Shown here one piece after another: positions 40,575 to 54,212 of a DNA stretch of 64,000 bases. A program made the translations under genes and the position numbers. The stretch is from Octopus sinensis. Its lineage: Eukaryota. Where the stretch lies: assembly GCF_006345805.1 (NCBI RefSeq), contig NC_043013.1, positions 37,510,001 through 37,574,000 on the forward strand, in the 5' to 3' direction. Numbering within the stretch: position 1 is the stretch's first letter; every line of letters starts with the position of its first letter. Under the pieces are notes generated by a model that worked only from the letters and a program-made list of their open reading frames with translations, made no database searches and was not told the DNA's origin.

Positions 40575-40637
40575 ATGTATGTGCATATATATATATATAT
40601 ATATGTATGTGTGTATATATATATATATATATGTATG

Positions 40638-40668
<31 letters not shown>

Positions 40669-40717
40669 TTAATATATATATAATATATATTTATATATAT
40701 ATATTATATATAAATAT

Positions 40718-40764
<47 letters not shown>

Positions 40765-40780
40765 ATATATATATAATATT

Positions 40781-40828
<48 letters not shown>

Positions 40829-40860
40829 TAAATATATATATATATATTGGTGTATTTATG
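40575..40860. repeat. (TA)n degenerate tract
   Basis: Direct reading. Confidence 0.95.
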
Positions 40861-41166
40861 TATATACATACATATATACACAACATACACACATATATAA
40901 GTAGAAATATATATGATCCTGTGTGACTGTGTGGGAGGTAGATGTTTACAGAAATTTAGATCATTCAGTATATATCTGTGTATCATGTGTATCAAGAGAT
41001 ATGTTTGTGTTCTTCAGTACAGTTTCATTAGGTTATTAATAGGTTTATTGTAACTTTATCTTATGTATATAATGAAGTGTATTCATTCCCGCCAAAAACT
41101 AATCAGTAATCAAGTCGTAGTCATTTCCCTTATAAAGTATCCGAGATTTATTCTATCTCCTAATAA

Positions 41167-41239
<73 letters not shown>

Positions 41240-41484
41240 TATATGAAATTTATCTTCTTGTCTTGTTTGTATTTCTGATTTGCTTTTACAGCGTATGTTT
41301 TTTTTTTTCATATTTCATAAAAATACGTACATATATACAAACATATGCAAATTTGTATACAGTTATGAACACACACTCACACACTTACATCGAGACGCAC
41401 ACACTCGCATATCAATGCAATATATATTACATTAAATATATATATGCATATATATACTTATATATGTGTGTGTGTGCATATACG

Positions 41485-41519
<35 letters not shown>

Positions 41520-42130
41520 CCATATATATATATATATATGTATATACCTATCCATATTTGTTTATATGTACATATATGAATATATACTTATATATATATA
41601 TATTTTTGTGCGTGTATATGTATGTATCTATCACCCTACCTATGTATCTATGTATCTATGTTTATATATATATATACATATATATATATGTGTGTGTGTG
41701 TCTGTGTGTGTGTATGTGAACTTATGTGTATGCATCATGTATCTGTGTAAATATAAATTCCAGTTAACATGATCTCGAAATGATAAGAAAATCAGCCGCC
41801 AACTCATAGATAATCTCTGTCCATGTCGTTACAGAGATGCAGTTCAAATTACTGTCTTGTATAGCACAGAGCCCATAAATAAATCCATCTATATTTCAGT
41901 TTTTAAGAATAACCCTAACAAGTTCAGGAGACCTGGGTAGTCATTCAGCTTTTCCAAGAATTTTGAAGAGCTTCGTTGGCAGTGCGTTCTCTGTAAACAT
42001 TGTCTCAAAAGATTTAAGGAGGACACCTTAGTCAATCCTTACTCTACAACTACGTTTGGATGCTATATTACCTTTGATTCTATATTACTGTTATACAAAC
42101 CGGACGCGATGGTCAGATGTTTAACGTTAT

Positions 42131-42207
<77 letters not shown>

Positions 42208-42329
42208 ATATAATAACAATTTAAGCAATAAAACATATGCATACATATATACATATATGTAATATCTACATCTAATGTATATATACACGCATATATATAT
42301 ATACAAATAAACGTAGAACACAACGAGAG

Positions 42330-42575
42330 ACGAAAACATAAAATCAAACAAGGAAACGGACTTTTTTTAACAACGCAAAAATAGAGTACAAGACAAACAA
42401 TACAACGAATATTACCCCCTCATCAGATGCCCCTGTTTCGACTCAATGCGTGTTTCGAAGGTAAGGGCAGAACACGATCCGGCCGCGGCCGAAGTTGTCC
42501 TTCCTGCAAAATGAATTAAATAAAATTCTTTTGCAGAGGGGTAAAACAGAGTGACAAGAACAGGACGTAAAAGCA
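42330..42575 (-). repeat. Non-coding segment inside (TA)n carrying hammerhead-like words and a 12-bp GC palindrome
   Basis: Minus strand CCTTC-GAAAC...GAGTC-GAAAC-AGGGGCAT-CTGATGA-GGGGG; CGGCCGCGGCCG at ~42480-42491. Confidence 0.35.
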
Positions 42576-42582
42576 ATACAAT

Positions 42583-42670
<88 letters not shown>

Positions 42671-43110
42671 TATATATATGTATGTTATATATATAGATAT
42701 GTAATGTATATGTATATATATATATAATAATTAATGAATATTAGAATAGAGATTTACATCTTCAGGTTTTATTACACAGTAAATCACACACTTCTTCTCT
42801 ACCGACACTATGCTCTCTTTATAAAAACATTTGGATTTACCAGAATGAGAATTTACTGAGTATAGTTAATTCAACTAACTGGAGTTCATCTACATTCGCT
42901 GAAGTTTGCCGACATTGTTAACTGATAAGAGCGAACACGTTACTCGTTGGGATTATATATCCTTCGTAACCAATTCTGGAAATTAACTGCTTGTCGGGAT
43001 AGTGGTGGTGACAATGAATCTTCATGAACCTCCAAAAGAACCATGTTTCTTATACTCATACGCTCATGCATATATTCATAAATACGTATATACTAGTAAT
43101 CATAAATATA

Positions 43111-43342
43111 TATTTCTTTATTGCCCACAAGGGGCTAAACATAGAGGGGATAAACAAGGATAGACAGACGGATTAAGTCGATTACATCGACCCCAGTGCG
43201 AAACAAGTACTTTATTTATCGACCCCGGAAGGATGAAAGGCAAAGTCGACCTCGGCGGAATTTGAACACAGAACGTAACGACAGACGAAATAACACTAAG
43301 CATTTCGCCCGGCGCGCTAACGTGTCTGCCAGCTCGCCGCCT
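43111..43342 (-). mobile_element. SINE-B monomer, full length
   Basis: Head GGCGGCGAGCTGGCAGA through tail X. Confidence 0.92.
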
Positions 43343-43997
43343 TCAATCATAAATATATATATATATATAGATATATATACTCACATGCATATCTGTGTGG
43401 TATCTTTGTCTGTTTGTATAAACACAAAGATGGCATATAGCCTCCTTGTTATGTTGCTACAACTCAATAGAAAGATTTAGGACTTGATGTCTGGTTAGGA
43501 CAGCGATTTCTCTCCTTGAACATATTTCATTCCTTGTTGCTTTTCCTCGATGGAATGGAACGAATACGCGGTACCAAATGATTTATGCTTGTGAGTAATG
43601 TGTATGATCTATAGATGTTACTCACAAAATGAACTTGCTCTTTCGTCTATGAACCAAAGATGAAAAACACGGGTAAGATATACTGTTCAAGTCATACATA
43701 GAATAATAAGGAGACAGAGGATGAAATCCGACTCTTGCCTTCATTCTCAGCTTATAGATATCACTATATATAAAGAAATCATTAGTTTACGCTGATCTGT
43801 CGGTAAAATGCAATTAAGTATGGGTGAAAATCTTTAACAGAGTAAATGTTAATCATTTCATATAATTGTTTAGAATCATCACTAATTGGCAAAACTTTAA
43901 GCCGTATGTACATATTCTTAGCAATAATAAGCCCTACGAGTATATCAGCAGCCACTTAACCTTTTTCTATTTTCTCTCCCTGTTAATTTCTACGATC

Positions 43998-44033
43998 CTT
44001 TCTGTCGAAGAGCATACGCTCGAAACGTAAAAG
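43998..44033 (+). ncRNA. Minimal type-I hammerhead-like motif with variant core (CUGUCGA)
   Basis: Stem I CTTT/AAAG; core CTGTCGA plus A; stem II GAGC-ATAC-GCTC; GAAA; palindromic stem III ACGT; triplet GUA (after 44029). A6 of the canonical CUGANGA is replaced by U. Confidence 0.5.
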
Positions 44034-44217
44034 ACATTCTGACTTCCTGAGCGGTAAACTAATACATCTGTTTGTTGTTTACACACACCTCTTCCTCTTT
44101 TGTTTGTTTTTTTCTTGTAAATTTTCACTATATCTGTACAACACACACACACACATATATTAATATATATACATATATATATATATATACATACATATAT
44201 AATATATACATATATAT

Positions 44218-44271
<54 letters not shown>

Positions 44272-44466
44272 TATATATATGGATTGATACATACGCAGAA
44301 ATACAAGCACGCATGTGCAGACACCACACGCACTATACATACACACACACACAGCGACCTATATATATATATGTTATATGTGTTGACATCATTGATACTT
44401 TAACTTACAGCATAAAGACTCACAGCAAGTGTTACTAAGTATATTGTACGATACACAATCGATTTT

Positions 44467-44698
44467 TATTTCTTTACTGCCCACAAGGGGCTACACACAG
44501 ATGGGACAAACAAGGACAGACAAATGGATTAAGTCGATTACATCGACCCCAGTGCGTAACTGGTAATTATTTAATCGACCCCGAAAGGATGAAAGGCAAA
44601 GTCGACCTCGGTGGAATTTGAACTCAGAACGTAACGGCAGACGAAATACCGCTGAGCATTTCGTCCTGCGTGCTAACACTTCTGCCAGCTAGCCGTCT
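44467..44698 (-). mobile_element. SINE-B monomer, full length
   Basis: Full match to the family pattern. Confidence 0.92.
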
Positions 44699-44782
44699 TA
44701 ATAATAATAACAATAACAACAACAGCAATAATAATAATAATAATAATGACAATGATAATAATAATAATAACAATAATAATGA

Positions 44783-44813
<31 letters not shown>

Positions 44814-44880
44814 AATAATAATTATAATAATAATAATAATAATAATAATAATTTTAATAATAATAATAATAATAATAATG
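44699..44880. repeat. (AAT)n/(AAC)n
   Basis: Direct reading. Confidence 0.95.
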
Positions 44881-47800
44881 ATCTAGTAGATAGTCGTTTA
44901 CTGTGAACAGACAACGGGGTTATAGTGAATACACAAACATATACTCACATATATGCATATATATATGCGTCTGTGAATATGTATATATGCATATAACATA
45001 CTATATCTAATATACTTACGTAGGATTCTTTGACTATCAAATGCATTCATTGTTTAAAGCGTTAATGTGATGCGATGCCCACGAAGTTAATGTAACGCTT
45101 TAAAGAAATATATATATGAATGGTCCATTCCGCTGAGGAATTTCGGTGTTATGCAATAAACGTATGGCCAGTTGCAATACAAAATCCATTGACATTTTGC
45201 CAGAGAATGCATGTCAATAGAACAGAATACTTTACTTGTGTCTTGCTTATGACTCTCCGTTTAATGTTTTACAACTCTAAGTCTGATAATGCTACATTTA
45301 TTCGTTTTTGTTTGAGAACATTTTCTTCAAATATTATGTTAGTTCATCTAGAAATTTTCATGGTTTCGTTAAGCTACGAACATCAAAAAAAACCCGCCTT
45401 TCTTTTTGTCTTTTCCTTTTTTTTTCTTAGCATTTTTGTGTTTGTCTTCATTTCATTTTCTTCTTTCTGTGACATGAATAAAGCAAACGTCAGCTATATT
45501 GAATTCGCATGTCTGACATTAAACACGGTTGGACTTTCGATATTATTATTTTTCCTCTTTCCTTCATTTTTCCCTTCTTGTCTGTAAAACTTTCTTCTTG
45601 CAGAGCTATATTCTCTTCACTTCTATAATAAGAAAAGCATAACTAACAAGATAATAGTGCTCAAAATTAATGGTCTTATTTTTACCACTTGAAATGCTGC
45701 CAGGAAACAGAAGATGCGAAAGCAAAGATGTTGGATGGTCGAAGATTCTCCACCACCTGCATTTTAACTTTATCTGGAAACCTGCTCAGTCTTAATATGC
45801 AAAAGATGGAAACTTAATTTTAGTAAAGTTAATGCACTCTTAAATTTAAATATTACTGTTTTTCTTTTAGATTGTGAATTCCACATATCCTGTCACATAA
45901 TTCGTCATATTCTGGTTAGATTTATGTTTGTTTCTGTCTTATGAAGTCGACTTGCAACGACATTTAACTCGTACGGCTATGTATTTAAAAGGATATTTTT
46001 GCAGTTTTGTGGTTTCAGTTTCAATCTATATGAGCGGCACCTTCATTAATGTCTATTACCGAAGCTTCGCTTTAACCGGTAACTTGTGAGTGAAATTTGG
46101 CAGGGGGAGACTTTTAGATCAACGTATATTTTTGTATATGTATGTAATTATGCATATATGATATTATATACGCACTATTAACGCATACAAACACACACAC
46201 ACACATGCACACGCGTGCATACATGCACACATACACACAATCACAGCTGCACACCAGTTTTGGTAGAATTTGAAATGCGTGAAAATATTTTTAACAGACA
46301 ATATCTTTATTCTTGCTGTAGAAATAAATCAAAATGGTTACATCACAGATTTCGTCTCTCCCGGGATATGCTCCATCCAATATGTTATATGGATCGCAAA
46401 CGGGGAAGATGAAGAAACTAAGTATATCTACTGTTTACAGGGAAATTATTAATGTAAAGTTATTTGTAAAGGAAGAAAATCGGAAAAATTTTCCATGTGC
46501 TTTAATAAAGATTCGTTTCCTTGTATTGTGTTTGCGTTCAGCAAATGAAATACACTAACATCAGCTCTTGTCCACATGATAGGAAATACTTTAGGGAATC
46601 ATGCTGGCTGACTACAGTGGACAAGGTCTTATAGGTTTTCGTTAGCGTAACTATGGAACAGATATAAACAGCATAATTAGACGGTTAGTCCCGCGAAGAA
46701 GAAAGGAATATTACCCTCTTTTTAGAATGGGAGATGAATGCACAGTAATATTTGGGTAGTGTATTCAGTGATTACATTTTTCCAAGCCAGATTCTGGAGG
46801 ATATGAGACACTGTATTTACGTCTCTGAAAATATGACGTCTTCTTTCTGATCTTTGAATTGCTGGAATGAGGCAGTATTGGAATTTCTCCCCTAGAATTC
46901 GTTTATTTTTGTTTGTTTTATAAGCAAAATTATTCGACACTGTTTGTTTGATATTAGAAAAAAATTTGGAATCAAATAAATACCCTGTGAATTCTTAGTA
47001 TTTCGGGCTGTGACCCTCTTTTCTCTCGATACTTCTGTTCGCAGAAAACTTGAAGACTATAGTATAACCAAAAGGAGAAAAATATAGCCTTCCAAACGTT
47101 TAATGAACTTTCAATCTATTTCTGCTTTCTTTTATATATTTTAGTATCTAATAGCCTCAGCCACTCTACTGTTCTTATAATGATGTCACACTACCACGTT
47201 CTTTTTTCTTTTGTCTCTTCTTTCATATTTCATCATGAAGATATACCTTTTCTTAAAGTCCTTCTTGATAATTGTGCCCACAACCTTTCATTCACTAATC
47301 TGTTATTTTCCCTTTCCTTTTGGTCAGTTAACTTTTCATATGTCATTTAGTGTGGATGTAATTTAAATTGAACAAGAATTTATATTGCTTGTACGTCATA
47401 TGCCTGTACATCTAGTTTGTTGGTATACATATCGCTAGCTAGTTTCGGAAATTTTTTAGCCTTTCATTTAAAAATATTTATGCATATTACATAAGCGAGT
47501 ATATGCGTTCTGTTTTTGTATATTTCTACGTCCTTGGTTTGCGAGGGAGTTTCACAAATTATCATACTGTCGACGCGAACTGAGGCAGAAGCATAGACAT
47601 CGTTACAAGAATATTAACGTTGGAAGTTTCTTGATTATCTCCCCTTCTCACATGTAGCCGTTCTAAATTTTCATTTGACAATTGGAACATATCTTCTGGC
47701 GGAGAAATTAAATTCAATAAATCAAGAAATCCTTATGTATGGTAGCTGAAACACTTCCATACTTACATACATGCAAATATGTATACGCGTGCACATAAAC

Positions 47801-47944
47801 ATATACACATACTCACATGCGCACGCACGCACATACATACGCACACACGTACACACGTACACACGTACACACCCAAACAAAAACAACAACACACTCATAT
47901 ATATGTATATATATATATATATATAAAGAGAGAGAGAAACACAC

Positions 47945-47975
<31 letters not shown>

Positions 47976-48394
47976 TACACATACGCACACATATATATAC
48001 CTGTATATAGCTATCTATGTATATGTGCATGTATGCGTGTGTGTATGTGTGTGTTTCAATACTGGATATTCCGACTCCATTTACTGAACCTATATCTTCG
48101 TTTTTCTTTTCTTTTTTTTTCAGAAGAAGCTTGATATATTGGTGAAGAGGCATCCATGTCGGCCAGAATACACTCAAAATTGCAGATGAGAAAATTTTAG
48201 CTGACATGTACAGGATTTCATTAGAATACTGAAACGGAGTAATTGCTTCTTGATGATTCTCGCCGGGTATGAAAATATCGACATCATGACTACTACTCAT
48301 TGCTCTGTGAATTCTGTAAATCTGTAAGACATTACATGGACAGCTGCAATGGCGTCTACGACGCTATAGCCAGCAGGACTTAACACAGCAGGCA

Positions 48395-48570
48395 AGTGTC
48401 TGTGTCATCTTTGGACTATGTCTTAAGTTTAATTCAGACAACGATTTCAAGCTACTGGATTATGTGGTCAAACCCCACCTGAGGAGGGTTGCTGCAATAA
48501 GGTCATGTGCGGCAGGAGGATTCGGCTTCTTGCCATACCTTCGTATAAGCACTTAATGCATAAAAGCATA
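48395..48570 (+). pseudogene. maT/DD37D-like transposase fragment
   Basis: IFGLCLKFNSDNDFKLLDYVVKPHLRRVAA, then shifted VRQEDSASCHT (QQDSAPxH-like); parallels the relic at 32574-33035. Confidence 0.65.
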
Positions 48571-48651
48571 CATGTTGAGTGTAGCAGACGAAATTTGTCT
48601 GTCACCGTCGCCGAAATTTCAGTATCATCTGATTTAGTTTTGTCTTATGCT

Positions 48652-48972
48652 AGGCTCAGTTGTTAGAGCGATGAGCTTACGACCGTGAGGTTGTGAGTTC
48701 GAATCCCGGACCGGACCGGGCTGCGTGTTGTGTTCTTGAGCAAGACACTTTATTTCACGTTGCCCCAGTTCGCTCAGCTGTAGAAATGAGTAGCGATGTT
48801 ACTGGTGCCAAGCTGTATCGGCCTTTGCCTTTCCCTTGGATAACATCGGTGACGTGGAGAGAGGTATGCAAGGGCGACTGCTGGCCTTCCGTAAACACCC
48901 TTGCTCAGACTTTGCTTTGGAGGGTAACTTTCTAGGTGCAATACCATGGTCATTCGTGACCGAAGGGGGTCT
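48652..48972 (+). mobile_element. SINE-D (tRNA-derived)
   Basis: A-box-like GGCTCAGTTGTTAGAGCG, B box GTTCGAATCC (48697-48706), central TTGAGCAAGACACTTTATTTCACGTTGC shared with SINE-C; different 3' part. Confidence 0.82.
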
Positions 48973-49371
48973 GCGATATTAGAGGATCACCGAAGGCTAA
49001 GAAGGCAGTATTCGGTGTTCTAACGAAACATTGATGTTAAGTTGGATACATAGATTGCCCTTTGGTATTAATGCTTCTTCCGCTGCAATAATTTGTAATA
49101 AGCCTGATGACATTTTGTGACATTAATGTCTGAATGGATGCGGGATTCTATAAATCGTTTCAAGGAGATTCGATTGGCATTCGGTTATATGATGCTTGCC
49201 ACTGATGAAGTGTAATAGAACAAAATCAGGTGATATAAGAATTCTAGCGCCCATGAGAGAAGTTCGGGTGCTACAATCTATGCGGGCGCCTATATGAGAG
49301 GACTTCTCGAGACAAATAACACAGTATCCGTGTTCTAATATGGCATCCAAAATAACTTGGATATAACGATC

Positions 49372-49424
<53 letters not shown>

Positions 49425-49450
49425 CTATCTATCTATCTATCTATCTATCC

Positions 49451-49541
<91 letters not shown>

Positions 49542-49546
49542 TATAT

Positions 49547-49948
49547 ACTCTTTTACTCTTTACTCTTTTACTTGTTTCAGTCATTTGACTGCAACCATGC
49601 TGGAGCACCGCCTTTAGTTGAGCAAATCAGCTCCAGGACTTATTCTTTGTAAGCCTAGTACTTATTCTATCGTTCTCTTTCGCCGAACCGCTAAGTTGCG
49701 GGGATGTAAAGACACCACCATCGATTGTCAAGCGATGTTGGCGGGACAAACACAGACACACAAACATACACACCCATATACACACATATATATGACGGGC
49801 TTCTTTCAGTTTCCATCTACCAAATCCACTCACAAGGCTTTGGTCGGCCAGAGGCTATAGTACAAGACACTTGCGCAAGGTGCCACGCAGTGGGACTGAA
49901 ACCGGAACTATGTGGTTTGTAAGCAATCTTCTTACCACACAGCCACTC
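49547..49948 (-). mobile_element. SINE-A, full length
   Basis: Matches 6127-6520 along its length. Confidence 0.92.
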
Positions 49949-49958
49949 GTGTGCTTTC

Positions 49959-49990
<32 letters not shown>

Positions 49991-49994
49991 CGTG

Positions 49995-50036
<42 letters not shown>

Positions 50037-51319
50037 GGGTGGGGTGTATATATGCGCGCGTGTGTGTGTATGTGTGTGTGTGTGTGTGCTCCTCAATCTT
50101 ATGAGTTAGCACGATAGTTTTTATAATTATGATTATCTTTCCAATTTAGAGAAAACGTATGAAATTCAGTTCGTTGTCTATAAAACGACACAAACACACG
50201 CAAAAGTGAAAGCATGAAGTCAAGACATATGGTGGTGTTTTGAGTGCGTATGTGTGTGTGTCTAGTGCTTACATGCATACATGTATACATCAATACACGT
50301 ACACACACAAGCATATACACATACACATATATGTACATACCCAAACACACGCACGTAAATGTATATACGTTTATGGAAATTAACAAAAAAATACGCTTGT
50401 CAATATAATAATCAAAGAAATAAAATCATATGAAAAAGAACAGATGGAAGATAATAAAAAAAAGAAACATCGAATAAATAAAAATATAAATAACAACATC
50501 AACAATGCCGTAAAGTAAATACAATATTTTCCAATTGAAGACATTGAGAAATCCTATAATAAAATCTGAAAACGGTGAAGAGTAAATAAATACATACATT
50601 ATCGTTAGTGCAATCGTCAACTTCTGTTTAAATAAATATTTAACTAAGAAATGCTTTTAGTCGCGTCAAGAAGATGAATAATCATGGGGAAAATATTATT
50701 GTTTGTACTAAGTAAAGCTTCTATCGATCTATTAGTAACAATCTACACTATAAATTAGACATCTTACTTAGCCTAGATGTTATTCAAATAGCAGCAATAA
50801 ATTGTAAGTTTAATTCCAACGTGGAGAGACGTTCATAAATTCTACCTAAAATGGTGGACTGGCTAATGTGTTATCGAATATATAACATGATTAAAACAGT
50901 CGAGTTGTAATTGCTGAATGATATTGACGTTCTCTCATATCTCTTGTTAACAGCTGAACATTTTCTTTGTATATATGGTGGACGTGCCTTTTAATTTCTA
51001 TTTATATTTCGCCAATGAGAGAAGACACATTTATTTAAAAGTGAATTATTTCAAGCAGATTGACCACTGTGATATGTGTATAGGCAAGGAATCTCCGAAT
51101 GAGCCACTCTGTCTAGGTCTAGGCAATGATAATGTGATTGATACCTTTCTAATAGTAGTATGTAAATCACATACAAAATTCAAAATTTACTTTTTATGTT
51201 GCCATGAAACAAAATGCAATTTGTTTTGGCTGTAACATTTCATCACTTACTATAAAACGCAGTATGCATGGATTTTATAAGGGCGCTAAAATTTATGAGT
51301 GTAATTATAATGGCACTGT

Positions 51320-53840
51320 GAGATTCTCTACGCCCCTCTTGTAAGTTCTTGTACTTGCTCTGCAATCTAGTTTTCTCTGTAGCTACTCTTTACTCAATCT
51401 TACAAGTCTACTCTAATCGTGGTCTGCATAGCCGCCGACTGTTTTAATTGTTGTCAGTGTTACCTATATTTTAAGCGAATACCATATCTTGATACGATCT
51501 GGATTGCCCAATGCATTTAACCCTGTCCATATTGGCACATGCTAGAAATCAAGTCGGAGTCTATCGAGCTTTTGCTTCCACCCAACCACAGATATTCTAC
51601 CGACCTTTCCCGCACAGGCAAAGCGTGCATTGAAGATAGTATTCCAGCTTTCAGCGAGCACTAAGGAGAATTATGTTCCCTAGAAATACTAAAAGCCTTA
51701 AGTAATCTGATTTTCCAATATCTGTTTGGAGTTAAACACATATTAAGCTGAGAGCAGATTTTCTGTTGGTGCAGTCGAGTACAACGTTCTGCATCCCTGA
51801 AGCTTTTCCGTATTGCAATATCTAAACCTTTCCGAAAATAGGTCTCTTATCCACTGGATATAGGCGCAAAATCTCGTGGATTGGAAGGTCTGGCCTCACT
51901 GATAGCAACCACTTCTATATCAAGGTACCTGAAGTCGTTGATCACGTTTCCCTGATTCAAAGACTAGTCAAGCCACTTCCCTTTCCTCTGTCTTGACTGA
52001 GCAAGATCATGTTCTTCAGAAGGAAAGTGAAAACTCCTTACCTACATTAATTATTTAGGAGTCAAGAGCTCTTTTCCCCTTGCTAGATTTGCGTATCTCT
52101 ACACGCAGTAATTTGTACAGTATCCTTTTATTCCCCATGAAGTATCCTCCTCCTTTGGGATATCTAGTTTTTAAGAAAGATCTATGAATTTTGAGTAATT
52201 TGGACGATTTGGGTCTGTCGGTACGTTAATGATTCGTATGATGAAATTGTTTTCAGGAACGCATGTATGCTCATGTTTGCTTTCTTAATTATTCGCTGTG
52301 TGTATTTATGGCAGTGTAGTTTCTAATATTCTTTTGCGGACGGTCCTGAAGGATTAGGTGCGGATTGCGTTTGGCTTGTATAGTGATTTTTGTTGGGTTT
52401 GTGGCAATGATGGTAAGTATGATGTCAGGAGTAATAAGTTCTGAGTGTTGTTGGAGATGGCGTTCGTTTTCCGTTGTTTGGAATTTGAAATTTGCAGTCA
52501 TATTTTATTGACGTGTTTTTTTTTCTTTTCTCCATTGTTATTGATTACTATGTGCCTTCTTCTCCATCTCCTTCATCACATGATAAGTCTGAATGATGCG
52601 TCTGAGAGGACCTTGTCTTCGGAATCATTGTGGTTTTGGTGTGTTTTGTCTTGAGCGGGGAGGTTTTCAGCTCCTGCTTTTTTGGTGAGAATGAATTGGT
52701 TGTTGACGCTCGTGTTTTCTTCTTTTTCATTCTATTGCTTACAATGTTCATTGTATTTGCTTCTGCTCTCGTTGCTGCTGGTTTTCGTGTTGCATTTGCT
52801 GTTGTTGTTGCTGTTGCAGCTACATGCTTCTGTTCCTTTGTGCTGCAAATTATTTTTACTGTTGTTGTCATTGTTATTGTTGTTGTTGTAATGTTGTCAG
52901 TGGAAGTGGTTGGGTGTTCCCTATCGCTTTTTCTTTCATTTTTGAGAATAGAAAGTCTTGAGATGATTTGGCTCACCACACAAATGTATCTTCGTTTTCT
53001 TCCCTCATTGATCACTAGAAAATGTGAATCGCCTCATAGATTAATCAGACCCGACTTTGCTTTCATAATATATTCACTAGTTTGAACCAATAGCTCTGTC
53101 CTTTCGCCCAAGCAATTTTGTTTTTTCTGCAGCCTCTGGACACGCAGAACGACTGTTATCTAGCAACTACATCCACCACCGTAATTTTTAAATCTCTTCG
53201 GCCAAAGTACATTTACATGCAAGAGCAGTTCACCAGTCTTTAGGATAGTTAAGAAGTGCTTCACAGCCTGATGCCCTGTCGGAGATATCGCATATATTGA
53301 GCCCCATTTATCCCCTGAGAGTTTACTACTACAGATGACATGAGGCACTTATCTGTTTGCTGCTGTTATTTCTACGTATAAAATGATATATTTGTGATTA
53401 TTTTTGCCGAATGGATTCTGATACGTTGAATTGTATATTTCGGCCTAATTTCGGAAGGAGGTTTCTAGTATTTTATGAAATAATCTTTGATTGTCACGAC
53501 AGTTTCTTCCACCTTCCGTAAAGATTTCACGAACCCGTTATCACTTTATATATAAACCTGCGTTTTGCTGTTTCTTTAATATTGTTTTCGTTTCAAAGGT
53601 GGTGATGATGGTAGATTTGAAGTGATACACTTAGAATTTGAAAGGTTTTTTTTAAGGTGATAAATTAAATGTTCCTGAGTCTCCTCCTCATTTAAATTGT
53701 GGTTATCCCTCTTGTTCTCATATAAATTGTAGCTGTTGTTTCCATGTTCACTGATGTTGTTGCTTTCGTATTCAATGTTACTGATACAACAGAGATTAGT
53801 GGCAGAAAAAATAGCGGTATATTTTTGGTTTAACATGGCG
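51320..53840 (-). mobile_element. 5' portion of an L1/Tx1-like LINE: ORF1 relic plus AP endonuclease, no RT
   Basis: ORF1: zinc-knuckle remnant CGEPNHLKT (~52950-52985) and a T/K-rich low-complexity region. ORF2: VINDFRYLDIEVVAISEA (51891-51953), SWNTIFNAR (GDWNA-like, 51609-51652), LDRLRLD..PIWT..DRI. Many stops; exact 5' end uncertain. Confidence 0.72.
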
Positions 53841-54045
53841 AAAGTCCTGTAAACAGAGATCTTCTAGTTTGTAGCCCAACTTTTCTGGATTTCTCACGAA
53901 TAACACTACGTCATACTTTATTTAGATTTGTGAAGGAATTGCTGTACTGCACTAAAATAAACGTAACTTCCTACCCGAAGAGGTAAACTCTAAGCGAGCG
54001 GAGCTGTTTCTCGGTATCCTTCAATGTATGATGAACACTCTTGAA

Positions 54046-54211
54046 CAGGGCCGGCCCTAGGGTTGCTGGCACCCCGAGAAATCTGAATTTCGGCGTGTAC
54101 AATCTGACAGTCGTTCAAATTTCTTTGTCTCCGTCACGCTCTACTTGCCGCCCCGTATCTAATGACGCCCTGGGCAACTACCCGAGTAGCCGCTACCTTG
54201 AACCGGCCATG
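54046..54211. mobile_element. Putative MITE (hAT-like ends)
   Basis: CAGGGCCGGCCCTAGG versus the reverse complement of the right end, CATGGCCGGTTCAAGG (12/16); GC-rich subterminal motifs; no TSD recognised. Confidence 0.5.
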
Positions 54212-54212
54212 C

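Noticed and set aside
41790-42020. Minus-strand *LPRSPEL as a Tc1/mariner WPPRSPDL motif
   Set aside because: Spacing to any upstream catalytic Asp is wrong and there is no other support.
45704-45817. Peptide ETEDAKAKMLDGRRFSTTCILTLSG with a faint FABP-like look
   Set aside because: Weak acceptor, no donor before the stop, short match.
48124-48290. Strong poly-T acceptor followed by a short ORF or mariner-like frame
   Set aside because: All frames close quickly and no donor is found; the mariner resemblance is marginal.
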